From the NCBI GenBank assembly GCA_010909165.1, contig MU008186.1, positions 124,001-188,000 of the forward strand: a stretch of DNA of 64,000 nucleotides, written 5' to 3'. The notes under the pieces were generated by a model that was not told where the DNA came from, made no database searches, and saw nothing but the letters and a program-made list of their open reading frames with translations. The translations under genes were made by a program, and so were the position numbers. This document shows positions 21,454 through 33,152 of the stretch, in pieces; position 1 is the first letter of the stretch; each line of letters opens with the position of its first letter. Source of the DNA: Anthoceros angustus (Eukaryota > Plantae > Anthocerotophyta).

Positions 21454-24329
21454 TCAGGCATCTGCCCTCAGGTCATCTGAAACGGCGGCCGGGATGCAGT
21501 GCGTAGCTAGGATATCTGGTGTTGCTTTCTTCGCCTCCTTGGTGTCCAGAACAACCATCTGAAGGCAAGCATGCTTATCCGTGTTGGTATAGCCCACAAC
21601 GAGCCTGGTCACAAAAGGAAGAGTGTTCTGGGTGGGTACTCACCTGTTGGTACTCCAGGTCAAAACGGAGAAAGTCCTCGTGACAGCTCTCCACCATGTG
21701 TGCCAGGTGTCGTAAATTCCGAACAGGCATGCCATTGAAAGCAAGGATCTGTCACAGCAATGGACAAAAAGTCAACCCTTGATCCTATGCACTTTATCCA
21801 GCTGCTGATGGGATTGACTGCTTACCTGAGTGTTCACAATATCTTCATACCCAATGTTGATATCTGCCACCAGGACCTGCACCACGAACCAACCAATGGT
21901 GTTTATACACGAGTTCGGGGTACCGATGACGAAGGAGTTTCCACTGCCAAGTTCCTGGTTTCTACCCAGCATCAACTTGCTCAAAATTTTATCCATACCT
22001 GTGAAACCACCACCAACTGCTCGTCGTCTGTCTCTGACATGGAGTGGAGAAGCTTGTCCAGCAGCTTCACTGGTGCATCGTAATCGTAATCCTTCCCATA
22101 CTGCGGACCATACTGTGAAGTATCAGTCAGACAGCACAGGACGATATGTATGGCCCAAGGAATTAGGTTTGTTGCTTTATAGCTTGCGAAGCAGCGACAC
22201 AAAAGATGAAACCGCCAGAGTAAACAACAAACATACCTCTGATCGGAGATACGGGACTGAAACAGCGGTGAAAACAATGCCAGCCACTATATAGTACGAA
22301 GGAGGTTTGCCTTTTATATGGGCAGGAACCAGGCGTTTGTGGTTAGCAAGCTCGACGTCAAATTCGCGTGGCTTAGCAGATCGGAGTATTCGCACTTTGG
22401 CTTTCTCTCCCGTATACTTCTGCGACACCAAGTAGCTGAAGCCGATACGCTCACCATGCCGAAACGGAACTGCCATGAGCGGGAACAAGAGGACAGAATT
22501 AGTACCCCCAGAACTTCAACAAACTTGAGTTCATGCGCATTCGATGACACTGGTATTCAGCATGAACAAACATGAATCACACAACTTGAAAGGTTATCGA
22601 CGCGTACCGGTTCCATCATTGGCAATTTCAATGCCGTCAAAACTCAGAAGAATGTCAGATGATTCAAGATGAAGAGCGGCTGGTGCAGTAGGCTCCACTC
22701 TCCGTATCCGCACACCTTTCTGAGCTGGTTTCATACCCAAGGCCTTCCGGAGGTCTGGGTTCTCCATCTTCTGCCATTCTATTCCTAGAATCGGAAATCC
22801 TGGAAACCAGTGTTTCTCCACAACTGAGCACAAAATTCCCCTGGTGGGCAAGCAAACACTGAAGACAAAATCCCCTGGGCATAGCCCAAGCGAGTCGAGA
22901 ATAGATACCAGTGTAATCTCCAGTACGTTCGTAATCTATGATGAAGTGCGTAATCACAGGAGTTGGAATGACATAGCCAATATTCTCAGCATCTTCGTGT
23001 TTTAGGGATTGGAACGCAATTCCTACACATTGCCCTCTATCGTTGAACGCTGGCCCCCCGGAATTCCCTGAGTTTATAGCTGCATCAATCTAGAAAAAAA
23101 GGACAAGCGACCACGGCCATTAGAAAGTCCACCCCTAAAGATGAGACTAACAGCATCCAAAGTCGGCCAGCAGTATGTCAAAGGAAATGGACATATGATT
23201 CAGAAGAACAGTCCAGCTGCTTGCCTGAACTCCTAACAACTCGGTTGCACCATGCACGTACGAGGTAACCTCAATCCGTGAAACCACACCACTTGTTACG
23301 GATATGGTATCCCCACCTATTGGATATCCAACCACTGTCACAGCATCCTGCAACCTTGGAAGAGACCCGAACTCCACTGGAGAAACGCCATCCCAAAACT
23401 CGTCTTGATCCACGGTCAACATGGCTGCAAGTTACACAAACAAATACACAAGAACCTTTGTCTCAGCACACGGCCAATAGGGGGAAGAAAAGGGAGGAAA
23501 AAGCAGGAGCGTCAGCGGTTCGTTGTTGCCCACACACAGACGGTATCCAGCCCATGAACCTGTGTCAATCCTACGACATTCATCCATCAGGCTCACCAAT
23601 ATCACACTCTGTTCCAATGGCTAGGACAGTTGCCAAATACTTGACATCGGAACCACGCTTCTTGACCTTGACTTGCGTGTGATGCTCCACGGAATGTGCA
23701 TTCGTGAGAACCCGGCGGCCGCTGATGATGAAGCCACTGCTGTTGGAACTGAACTGACGTTTCCTTTGCCACGGCAGAGAGAAGTTCGGCTCAGTGTGCA
23801 CACAGAAAACTTTCACCACGGCGTCCATGAAAGGAGCATCCTTCACTTCATCAGACCCTACCCCGGCCTCATCCTGCCATGCCACATCCCCCGCCCCGGC
23901 GTAAAAAGAGCTAGGCCCGCCAAGAGTGGGCGACTTCGCCCTAGCGTGCCTCCCACCCCTTCGGGTAGACCTCTCTACCTGCTTATCCCCCTTCTCATCC
24001 TCCTCCAGAGCGTACTTCCTCTCATCCTCGATTCCCAGATCCACCGACACTGCACTCTTCGCCGACCCGGTGCAAGGTCGCTTCTGCGGCCTCCCCCTCC
24101 TCCCTGTCCGGGTAGGCCCCGCATCCTCCACCATATCCAGATCATCATCCTGCTCCGCCAACGACGCCTTCTGCAGCCCGCTATGCTTGGCGTCGTACGA
24201 TGACGAAGCACCAACCGAACTCTGCCCCGCTCTCGCACTCAATTGAGCCGGCTGCGCAGCTGGAGCAGGAGGCTCCGGCTTCGGATGCTTAGGAGGCCTC
24301 CCCCGCTTCCTGGGCTGCTGATTTTCCAT
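21454..24329 (-). CDS. Deg/HtrA serine protease with PDZ domains, DEG9-like, 9 exons
   Basis: Exons 24329-23597, 23424-23225 (GC donor), 23089-22909, 22799-22608, 22469-22237, 22100-21999, 21876-21826, 21748-21644 and 21558-21454. Catalytic triad in [12 protein letters not shown] and [10 protein letters not shown]. Basic N-terminus with no plastid transit-like character. Confidence 0.95.
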
Positions 24330-25313
24330 ATCCCTTCCCCTCTCCTATCACCTACCTCCTTCCTGCCATCCTCCTCCTCCTCCACAACACCTGCAAAATT
24401 CAGCACCCTAATCACAAATCCATACTTCCTCTCCCGCAATTAAAAAAACAAAAAAAATCCAAAAAAAAACCTCCTTCCTCACCTCCTCACCAATCCACTC
24501 CGGTCTCTACCAGCCTACCAGCTCAAAATGAATGCAACCAAATTCTCCAAAATCCAATCCTTTACACAACCCGCCTCCTCAAAAGAACATCTCTTCCACA
24601 CAAAACCCCAGAATTCAAAACAAACCCCAACCTCCAACACCGCACCTTTCCTACACTGCCGCTGCTGCGCCTGCCCCGATGCCGTACAATTCCATGCCCT
24701 CCTCCCGGACCCCGCAGCAAAGCCCTAAAACCCTGCTCCGCCAACGACGCCTTCTGCAGCCCGCTATGCTTGGCGTCGTACGATGACGAAGCACCAACCG
24801 AACTCTGCCCGCTCTCGCACTCAATTGAGCCGGCTGCAGCTGGAGCAGGAGGCTCCGGCTTCGGATGCTTAGGAGGCCTCCCCGCTTCCTGGGCTGCTGA
24901 TTTTCCATATCCCTTCCTCTCCTATCACCTACCTCCTTCCTGCCATCCTCCTCCTCCTCCACAACACCTGCAAAATTCAGCACCCTAATCACAAATCCAT
25001 ACTTCCTCTCCCGCAATTAAAAACAAAAAATCCAAAAAAAAACCTCCTTCCTCACCTCCTCACCAATCCACTCCGGTCTCTACCAGCCTACCAGCTCAAA
25101 ATGAATGCAACCAAATTCTCCAAAATCCAATCCTTTACACAACCCGCCTCCTCAAAAGAACATCTCTTCCACACAAAACCCCAGAATTCAAAACAAACCC
25201 CAACCTCCAACACCGCACCTTTCCTACACTGCCGCTGCTGCGCCTTCCCCGATGCCGTACAATTCCATGCCCTCCTCCCGGACCCCGCAGCAAAGCCCTA
25301 AAACCCTGCTCCC
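24148..25313. repeat. Tandem duplication of a ~580-bp unit covering the DEG9-like 5' coding end and upstream region
   Basis: Unit 24153-24733 is repeated at 24734-25310; junction microhomology CCTGCTCC; the copies differ mostly by 1-2-bp indels. Confidence 0.9.
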
Positions 25314-26941
25314 GCAGCAAGCGACGGCTCCAGGCCCGGGCAGGAGCAGATGCAACTATCAGAAACGGTGCGCACACCGGCAGGCAGGGCCTCCACAGCC
25401 AAATGCGGTACCCACTCCCTGCGCCAGCACCATCTGTCTCAGCATGCAATCACTTCTTCGAAATCCGTGAAAACGCGCGGGAAGCAGCTGAGCTGCCGGC
25501 AACAGACAGAGCGAAGCGTGGGAACAGGAGGGGCAGGTGCAGATAGATACAATGCCAATGCTGGCTCTGCTCTGCGCCAGGCAATGGCGGGAAGGCGGGC
25601 GAGCAGCCTAAATGTCGGTCGAGCATGTACTCCGTCCTTGTCTTTCCTATAGATGTATTTATGCCAAATTTACTCCCAACTACATATGTATGTACACAGG
25701 TACATCTGTGTGCCGTCCAAATTTAAATTCGAATTCATGTAGGCGATATCAATTACACTTCGTCCGGGTTCGCACGCTTCTCATCATCACCTTATCGGAT
25801 GCACGTCTCTTTTCTCATAGTATTGGGATTATGAGATTAGTTTATAAATTTATAAAAACAAAGTATTATTTATACCTGAATATTTTTTAATTTTAAAATT
25901 ATTTATTATTATTTAAAATGTTACTTATTCACGTTTCAATAGATTGATTAGATAGCATGAGTTTTTCTTTGTAGTAAATTCAGATACTTCACTTGGATTT
26001 TTTTATTGGAGTAACTGCGTAGAGGACTAACAACTAGCAAACACTGATATGTCCCAAAGATGCTCAATTGTAGAGTCTCAGTGAGCTCAAACGTGACTCC
26101 TTGTCAGAGTCTCAGTGAGCTCAAATGTGACTCCTTAAAAGAGGACAGAATACGTTTTTTTCCCACTAATAAGATATCATGGATAAGATATTCCCTATAC
26201 AACAACATGGATATAACCTTGCAGCAATCTATCTTGCCAGACCTAATACCTTTCTAAAGTGGTTTGATGTGTAGGGGATGCATTTTTAGAGCATTGCAAA
26301 GTGTGAGGTATAGACAATTTTGATATTATAGGTACAATGGGTATCATTTCACCCATACCACTATGCTCTCTTTTAAATGTACTTCCTCTAGATGTTAGGT
26401 GCTTCTTCTTCTAAATTGTGAGTTATTCATGTGTTTTAGTTCTTCTTTGATCTTGTTAGCACCTCATTTTTTGATAACTGTCACCATATCCCCAAACTTC
26501 ACTCAACTCTTACATATGTATATATTCATGGAAGATAAATTATTAAATAATAAAATATAAATAGATTAACATAATTTAATATAATCTTAGGTATTGACAT
26601 ATAGAAATAAATATATGTCATGTTATTGTTAGAATTTATGTATATCAACTCTTTCAAATTTAGGGTTATTGCATTTGTACTACACATGTTCCACTAGGTA
26701 CTAGTTAGTGTACTTATTCTCACAAAGTAGAACAATTTATGTGCAGAAGGGATAAACTATTTCTTGTCGGATGCAAAATTGAAAAAAACAATGAATTGTT
26801 TGTAACATGATGGTATTTTTCTCTATTCTCAGTTTTTTTTTAAATTAATTATATTATAATGAGCTCTAGATAGATTATATGATGGAGTACAGCGATTTTT
26901 GTTGGTGAAGATTGCTATAGATTGTAATCCAATAAGTCATA

Positions 26942-27751
26942 ATGACTTCTACAAGTGAAAAAAAGTTTGTATCCGATGAGATAATCCCAGCTAAAACTCC
27001 AAATAAATCATATTATAAAGCACACGATGTGATTTGTAGCTATCACCTGCATTTATGTCCATGTGCTCCTGGGCAATCTCTACATTATAGGTATTGTGGG
27101 GAAAGAGCATATTTATGCTCCTGTCACTACACTCCGGAAGCAAGTTTCCATTCTCAACATGGATTCATACCTAGACTGAATGAACATTCACGAGACCATA
27201 TATATGATCGAGTCACTGGACCAGATGGAGGGCCACCTGGACCTTGTACAGTTCATGGCAAAAGAAAAAAGCTGCCATTACCACCAATCAAATTCATAGC
27301 CCCAGAATTGCTTCGGTACCGTGTTGGTCCAGACGGAGCAGCACTTTATAGGAGTCAATATGATAGTCCTGCATGCACATTCCTTACGGAAGCATGGCCA
27401 AAGTTTGGCGGTGAATCCTCACAAGCAGGTCAGGTCTATTATAAGTCCCTTGTGCCTTTGAAGAACCCAAAAACAGAGGGTCCCTACTATGTCTCAGACG
27501 TGGGGGGGTTTATCTACGAAGTTTTCCACTCTTCAGAGAGTATGTTTCATAGTGAAATTGAGGAATTCACAAAAAAATACTACCATGTAGATTTGGTAAA
27601 AGCAAATACTGCTAATAATATGGCTAAAGACTATGGCAGAAAAGTAGGGTTATGGAATACAGAAGACTCTTTCCAACCAAAAATTGTGAAACCTATCAAA
27701 GAAACTGAAATCAATGTACTTGAAGAGAATTTAAAGTTTGTTGGTTGGTAA
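26942..27751 (+). CDS. Intronless 269-aa ORF of unknown function with a Cys/His-rich N-terminal region, in an AT-rich island
   Basis: Uninterrupted ORF inside very AT-rich flanks (about 25650-28150); cluster CSYHLHLCPC...HYRYC...CSCHY; no family recognised. Confidence 0.6.
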   Translation: MTSTSEKKFVSDEIIPAKTPNKSYYKAHDVICSYHLHLCPCAPGQSLHYRYCGERAYLCSCHYTPEASFHSQHGFIPRLNEHSRDHIYDRVTGPDGGPPGPCTVHGKRKKLPLPPIKFIAPELLRYRVGPDGAALYRSQYDSPACTFLTEAWPKFGGESSQAGQVYYKSLVPLKNPKTEGPYYVSDVGGFIYEVFHSSESMFHSEIEEFTKKYYHVDLVKANTANNMAKDYGRKVGLWNTEDSFQPKIVKPIKETEINVLEENLKFVGW

Positions 27752-28372
27752 TGCGGACTTGTAGATGATAAAATAACAAAGATCAAGATTACCATCCCAT
27801 TATCCTAGTTATTTGAAAATTTGAGTTTAATTGATCTTTTTTACAGGCCTGATTTCTTTCACCTACATGGTTTGATAGGTATATCAATAAGTAATTATAG
27901 ATATTTAATAAATATTATATTTAATAAATATCTGTAGATGATAAGTTAGCATCTTGGATATCTTGCCCGGTCTATATAGAACTCTCCTTCTTCTCCTATT
28001 AGGTTTATAATAAATAAAATGTATAATAATATATTTATAATCAAATAAAAATCTATAATATTTTTATTTACGCTCCAAACCTGTCACCACATAACTACCT
28101 CATGGCATGATGTTTCAATCAGTTAACGTTAGTGCGTCAATCGATATGCGATTGAGACCTATCTATGTACATATTGCACAACCAACCGGCGGGTCATCTG
28201 ACCGCATCCTTTGTGCCAAATTATGTGCTTGACAGAATCACGGCTGTTTGTGGCAAATGCAGTCCTTGCAGCGGGATGGATGAGAACTGGTGGGATTGTG
28301 TGAAGTTATGGGTCATCCAAGATAGGATCCATGATGGGGGTTCCTAGAAGGAGGGAGGCAAGCCTGCATTAG

Positions 28373-29705
28373 TTGGTGCAGAGGAACAAGATTGCAGAAT
28401 GCCTGCATGCTCATACTTGTATGGCTGAGTTCACTTGGGAATACAAGAGAGGCTGGTTTGTGCACAAGAGAATGCCTCGAGTTGAATGTCTTGGATGCAA
28501 GAGAATCCTGACAGGCTACGAACTCCGGCCTTATTCTGTGGAGTACGTCTACTGCGAAAGGTGCTACAAGAGCAAGGTTAGCAGGTTGGAGGTGGTGGTG
28601 GAAGGTCTCCAAGCCGACGTGCAAAGGGCCACGGAGGATGAAAAGACCCACCACCTGAGGGCCAAACAGGCTGATTTTCTCAGTAATTGGGACGAGGAAA
28701 CCATGACTCCCCCACACACTGACATCACCCTGAGAGCCTCTGATGGCGTGGATGTGTATGCTCACAGGGCTGTTCTTGTAAATTCCGCAGTCTCCGAGTT
28801 CTTCTCCCCTTTTCTTGCCGATGTTGGACTCCACGAGTCTGTTGCCATGCAAGGGTAGCTTTTTCTTGCACGATGTTTAGCACTCTGCACCTGGTGGTCC
28901 ATGGTCTGCCACATGCGTGGGGAGGGTTGGTGATTTCACATGGACAAGACGAGGGTAGAAGCATGCAGGTTGCAGGTAATACATGCAGGCAGATGGAGTG
29001 ATTAGGTTAACCAGTCTGAATACATGATTTCAAGTGCGTGTCATTGAATTCAGCATCTTCTCCCCAGCTTGTTAGTTGTTTTGTTGAAGGGCTTCCTTGT
29101 GATCAGGTTTGTGTATCTGACGCTGACTCAAAAATGTTTGAAATGTGGATGTCCGACAGGCTGGAAAGTCCCAGGTTTTCAAGGCCATGTTCAGTGCACA
29201 GATGAAGGAGTCACAGAGTGGAGTGGTATTGATTGACGACATATCGCATGTCGTGCTAGAGCCTTTTGTGCGGTTCTTTTACACGGCAACCGTCCTTCCG
29301 GATGTGATGCACAAGCATGCAGCATGCTTGTTTTGTGCTGCTGAGAAGTACGGCGTGAAGTTGTTGAAGAGAATTTGTGAGGACTTCCTCATCAACACGA
29401 TATCCAAGGAGAATGCCATCAGCACTCTGGAACTGGCCCGGAAGTATGATTCGGACAGTGTCAAAGAAGCTGTGCTGCATGCTGCCATGAGTCATATGGA
29501 GAAGATTCCCACCTTTGGGGACTACCATCTGTATGTGGAGAGGGATCCTAAGCTTGTCGTGGAGCTGTATGAAGGCCTGGTGAAGCGAATTACTCGCAAG
29601 AGGTGTAGGATTTGGCCACCAGGTGAGGAACAGCATTTTGCATCCACAAACCCCCCTTTACATGTCTTCATGGCATGCCACTCGAGATACTATCATGTTT
29701 CTTGA
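28373..29705 (+). CDS. BTB/POZ-domain protein (At4g08455-like) with N-terminal CxxC...CxxC
   Basis: Exon 1 ends at 28777 (TDITLRASDGVDVYAHRAVL); exon 2 starts at 29160 (AGKSQVFKAMFSAQMKESQSGVVLIDD...AEKYGVKLLKRICE...ERDPKLVVELYE). The start could be 28472. The end could be spliced at 29621 to 29811-29833. Confidence 0.9.
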
Positions 29706-29897
29706 TCTTTGCACCTTGACACAATCAAGTGAGGGATCAGGTTAACCTGCATCCTGGTGGATGATGTCTGTGACTTCGCTGGCTGATTTGACGTTATTGT
29801 TGCAAGTTAGATAATCTATGGCCTGAAGACTGACATTGATGGGCCTACTACTGCCTCGCAGATGGTGCTTCAAAGAAAATTGCAGACAGAAGCAACC

Positions 29898-32800
29898 ATA
29901 GCGCACAATCCGGTCAGGCTTATGTCCAACAGAATTCCAATCAAGTGCAACCTACCGCAGAGGACAGAGCTGCAAATGAAGTAGTAAATGAGGCTGCAGC
30001 TGGGCCTGCACATGGGGCTGAAATGGTGTCTTGAAAACCAAGGGCTATTTCAGGCTCAGTTTTTAACCTGCAGTTATATGGGCGTGTAATATTGCACCGC
30101 CCAAGACCAGCCACAGGCCACAGGTAGCAGGAAGCATCTGCTATCGCCATCCAGGTGAATTGCAAATTTGCTTTCCTAGATTCGATGCCAACATGATATC
30201 CACTTAACGGTCCAAAGAAGGAAGGGATGACTCCAAATCACGTCTCCGCAGATAAAGATTATATTTTGCATTGGAGATAAAAATGGTGTCGTTCTGGTTT
30301 TTTTTACTGAGACTGCACTATACGCCAATGAAATGTAAAAGACATGCTTAATACTCAATCCACAAAACACTTCCTATCAATTTCTGACCATGGAGATTTT
30401 CATGATGGGCCTGTGAGCTTTCATGCTATAAGGGCATATGGGTTTCTTACCCTAAACCCTAAAGATATGTATGCTCATCGTACATGAACCTTGTAATATA
30501 GACAATAGTAGTTTATATACATAAAAATAATAATTTTACATGAATTTACCTATTTATCACATTTGTAAATCATCATCATGATTCCAAAGGTCGTTTAATA
30601 GTGGGTCAATAATATAATCTTTTCATAACTAAGAAAGATACTCATCGTAGTATCACCCCTTAAACAGGTAATAATTCTGGAGTTCTCATCTTTATATATT
30701 TGGGTACATCCAAGTATTTGGCTGCACATATTTCCGGAGGAAGGATCTCTAGGATCCCACAAACCAATGTGCCGGAAAATGGGGCAGACTAATTAGGTTC
30801 AATCTTTGGGTCTAAATTGACTCTGCAGAGCCTATTTTGTCCAAAATCAAGCACTCTCGTTTAGTTGCCCAACCTTTCTTTGAGTCAGACTATCAAGGGG
30901 TTCAAACATTAGGTTCGGCAGTCAAACGGGATCAAACATTAAGTTCAATTAAAGGTCCGGAATAGATTTGGTTTCTCCACCCGACAGTCTCGAGACGGGA
31001 GCCATGTGGTGCGCCTCGTTTCATTGAATTGGGAATGCCATTTTGTTTAATTCCCGTCCCTTTAGCGGTCAGCGCCTGGATACTTTTTGCGATCAAACTA
31101 CAAAGTTTCATTCCCCCTTGCTTGGTTTGGCCCAAAAACTTAAAGCCCCCCTATTGCTTTCAACTCTATAGAGTACTTGGTCTCCTCACATGATTGACCG
31201 TCCTAATGAAGAACTATCCAGTGACACACTCTCAGCAGCTTAGCGCCATTCTCCAAGAACACAACTTACTACATCAAACGTTGTATCACTTCATTGCACC
31301 CCCTGCACATCACACACAAACCACAAGACTACACAGCCTATTTGGAATGACTTGAATTCCTTGAAAGAAACACGATTAGTATCTTATCAGATTTTACCCA
31401 TCAGAGCAAGACTGATCATGCTCCTCGATGGACCCTTCCACACCTCGGCCCTAGAAGTGAAACCCTCAAAGGCCACATGGCTCGGAACAGGGGAGCCCGG
31501 TAGAGGGCAGATTTAACCCCATTTCTAGCACATGAGGGATTTCCTTATAGCGCACAATCCGGTCAGGCTTATGTCCAACAGAATTCCAATCAAGTGCAAC
31601 CTACCGCAGAGGACAGAGCTGCAAATGAAGTAGTAAATGAGGCTGCAGCTGGGCCTGCACATGGGGCTGAAATGGTGTCTTGAAAACCAAGGGCTATTTC
31701 AGGCTCAGTTTTTAACCTGCAGTTATATGGGCGTGTAATATTGCACCGCCCAAGACCAGCCACAGGCCACAGGTAGCAGGAAGCATCTGCTATCGCCATC
31801 CAGGTGAATTGCAAATTTGCTTTCCTAGATTCGATGCCAACATGATATCCACTTAACGGTCCAAAGAAGGAAGGATGACTCCAAATCACGTCTCCGCAGA
31901 TAAAGATTATATTTTGCATTGGAGATAAAAATGGTGTCGTTCTGGTTTTTACTGAGACTGCACTATACGCCAATGAAATGTAAAAGACATGCTTAATACT
32001 CAATCCACAAACACTTCCTATCAATTTCTGACCATGGAGATTTTCATGATGGGCCTGTGAGCTTTCATGCTATAAGGGCATATGGGTTTCTTACCCTAAA
32101 CCCTAAAGATATGTATGCTCATCGTACATGAACCTTGTAATATAGACAATAGTAGTTTATATACATAAAAATAATAATTTTACATGAATTTACCTATTTA
32201 TCACATTTGTAAATCATCATCATGATTCCAAAGGTCGTTTAATAGTGGGTCAATAATATAATCTTTTCATAACTAAGAAAGATACTCATCGTAGTATCAC
32301 CCCTTAAACAGGTAATAATTCTGGAGTTCTCATCTTTATATATTTGGGTACATCCAAGTATTTGGCTGCACATATTTCCGGAGGAAGGATCTCTAGGATC
32401 CCACAAACCAATGTGCCGGAAAATGGGGCAGACTAATTAGGTTCAATCTTTGGGTCTAAATTGACTCTGCAGAGCCTATTTTGTCCGTCAAACGGCACTC
32501 TCGTTTAGTTGCCCAACCTTTCTTTGAGTCAGACTATCAAGGGGTTCAAACATTAGGTTCGGCAGTCAAACGGGATCAAACATTAAGTTCAATTAAAGGT
32601 CCGGAATAGATTTGGTTTCTCCACCGGCGGTCTCGAGGCAGGAGCCATGTGGCGCCTCGTTTCATTGAATTGGAATGCCATTTTGTTTAATTCCGTCCCT
32701 TTAGCGGTCGGTACTGGATACTGCGATCAAACTACAAAGTTTCATTCCCCCTTGCTTGGTTTGGCCCAAAACTTAAAGCCCCCTATTGCTTTCAACTCTA

Positions 32801-33152
32801 TAGAGTACTTGGTCTCCTCACATGATTGGCGTCTAATGAAGAACTATCCATTGACACACTCGTGACCCGCCATTCTCCAAGAACACAACTTACTACATCA
32901 AAGCGTTGTATCACTTGCACCCCACATCACAAACCACAAGACTACATTTTGGAATGACTTGAATTCCTTGAAAGAAAAACGATTAGTATCTTATCGATTT
33001 TACCCATCGAGGAGGATCATGCTCCTCGATGGACCCTTCCACACCTCGGCCCTAGAAGTGAAACCCTCAAAGGCCACATGGCTCGGAACAGGGGAGCCCG
33101 GTAGAGGGCAGATTTAACCCCATTTCTAGCACATGAGGGATTTCCTTATAGC
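29898..33152. repeat. Tandem duplication of a ~1.6-kb non-coding/TE-derived unit
   Basis: Units 29903-31551 and 31552-33152; junction microhomology ATAGC(..)GCACAAT; indel-rich differences between copies. Confidence 0.92.

Noticed and set aside
24528-25652. A + strand gene divergent from the DEG9-like gene (MNATKFSK.../MQPNSPKS...)
   Set aside because: Frames close quickly in both copies, there is no splice or motif support, and it lies in a duplicated region.
30423-31551. GCTATAAGG...CCTTATAGC as TIRs of a MITE
   Set aside because: Only 9 bp match and no TSD is evident.
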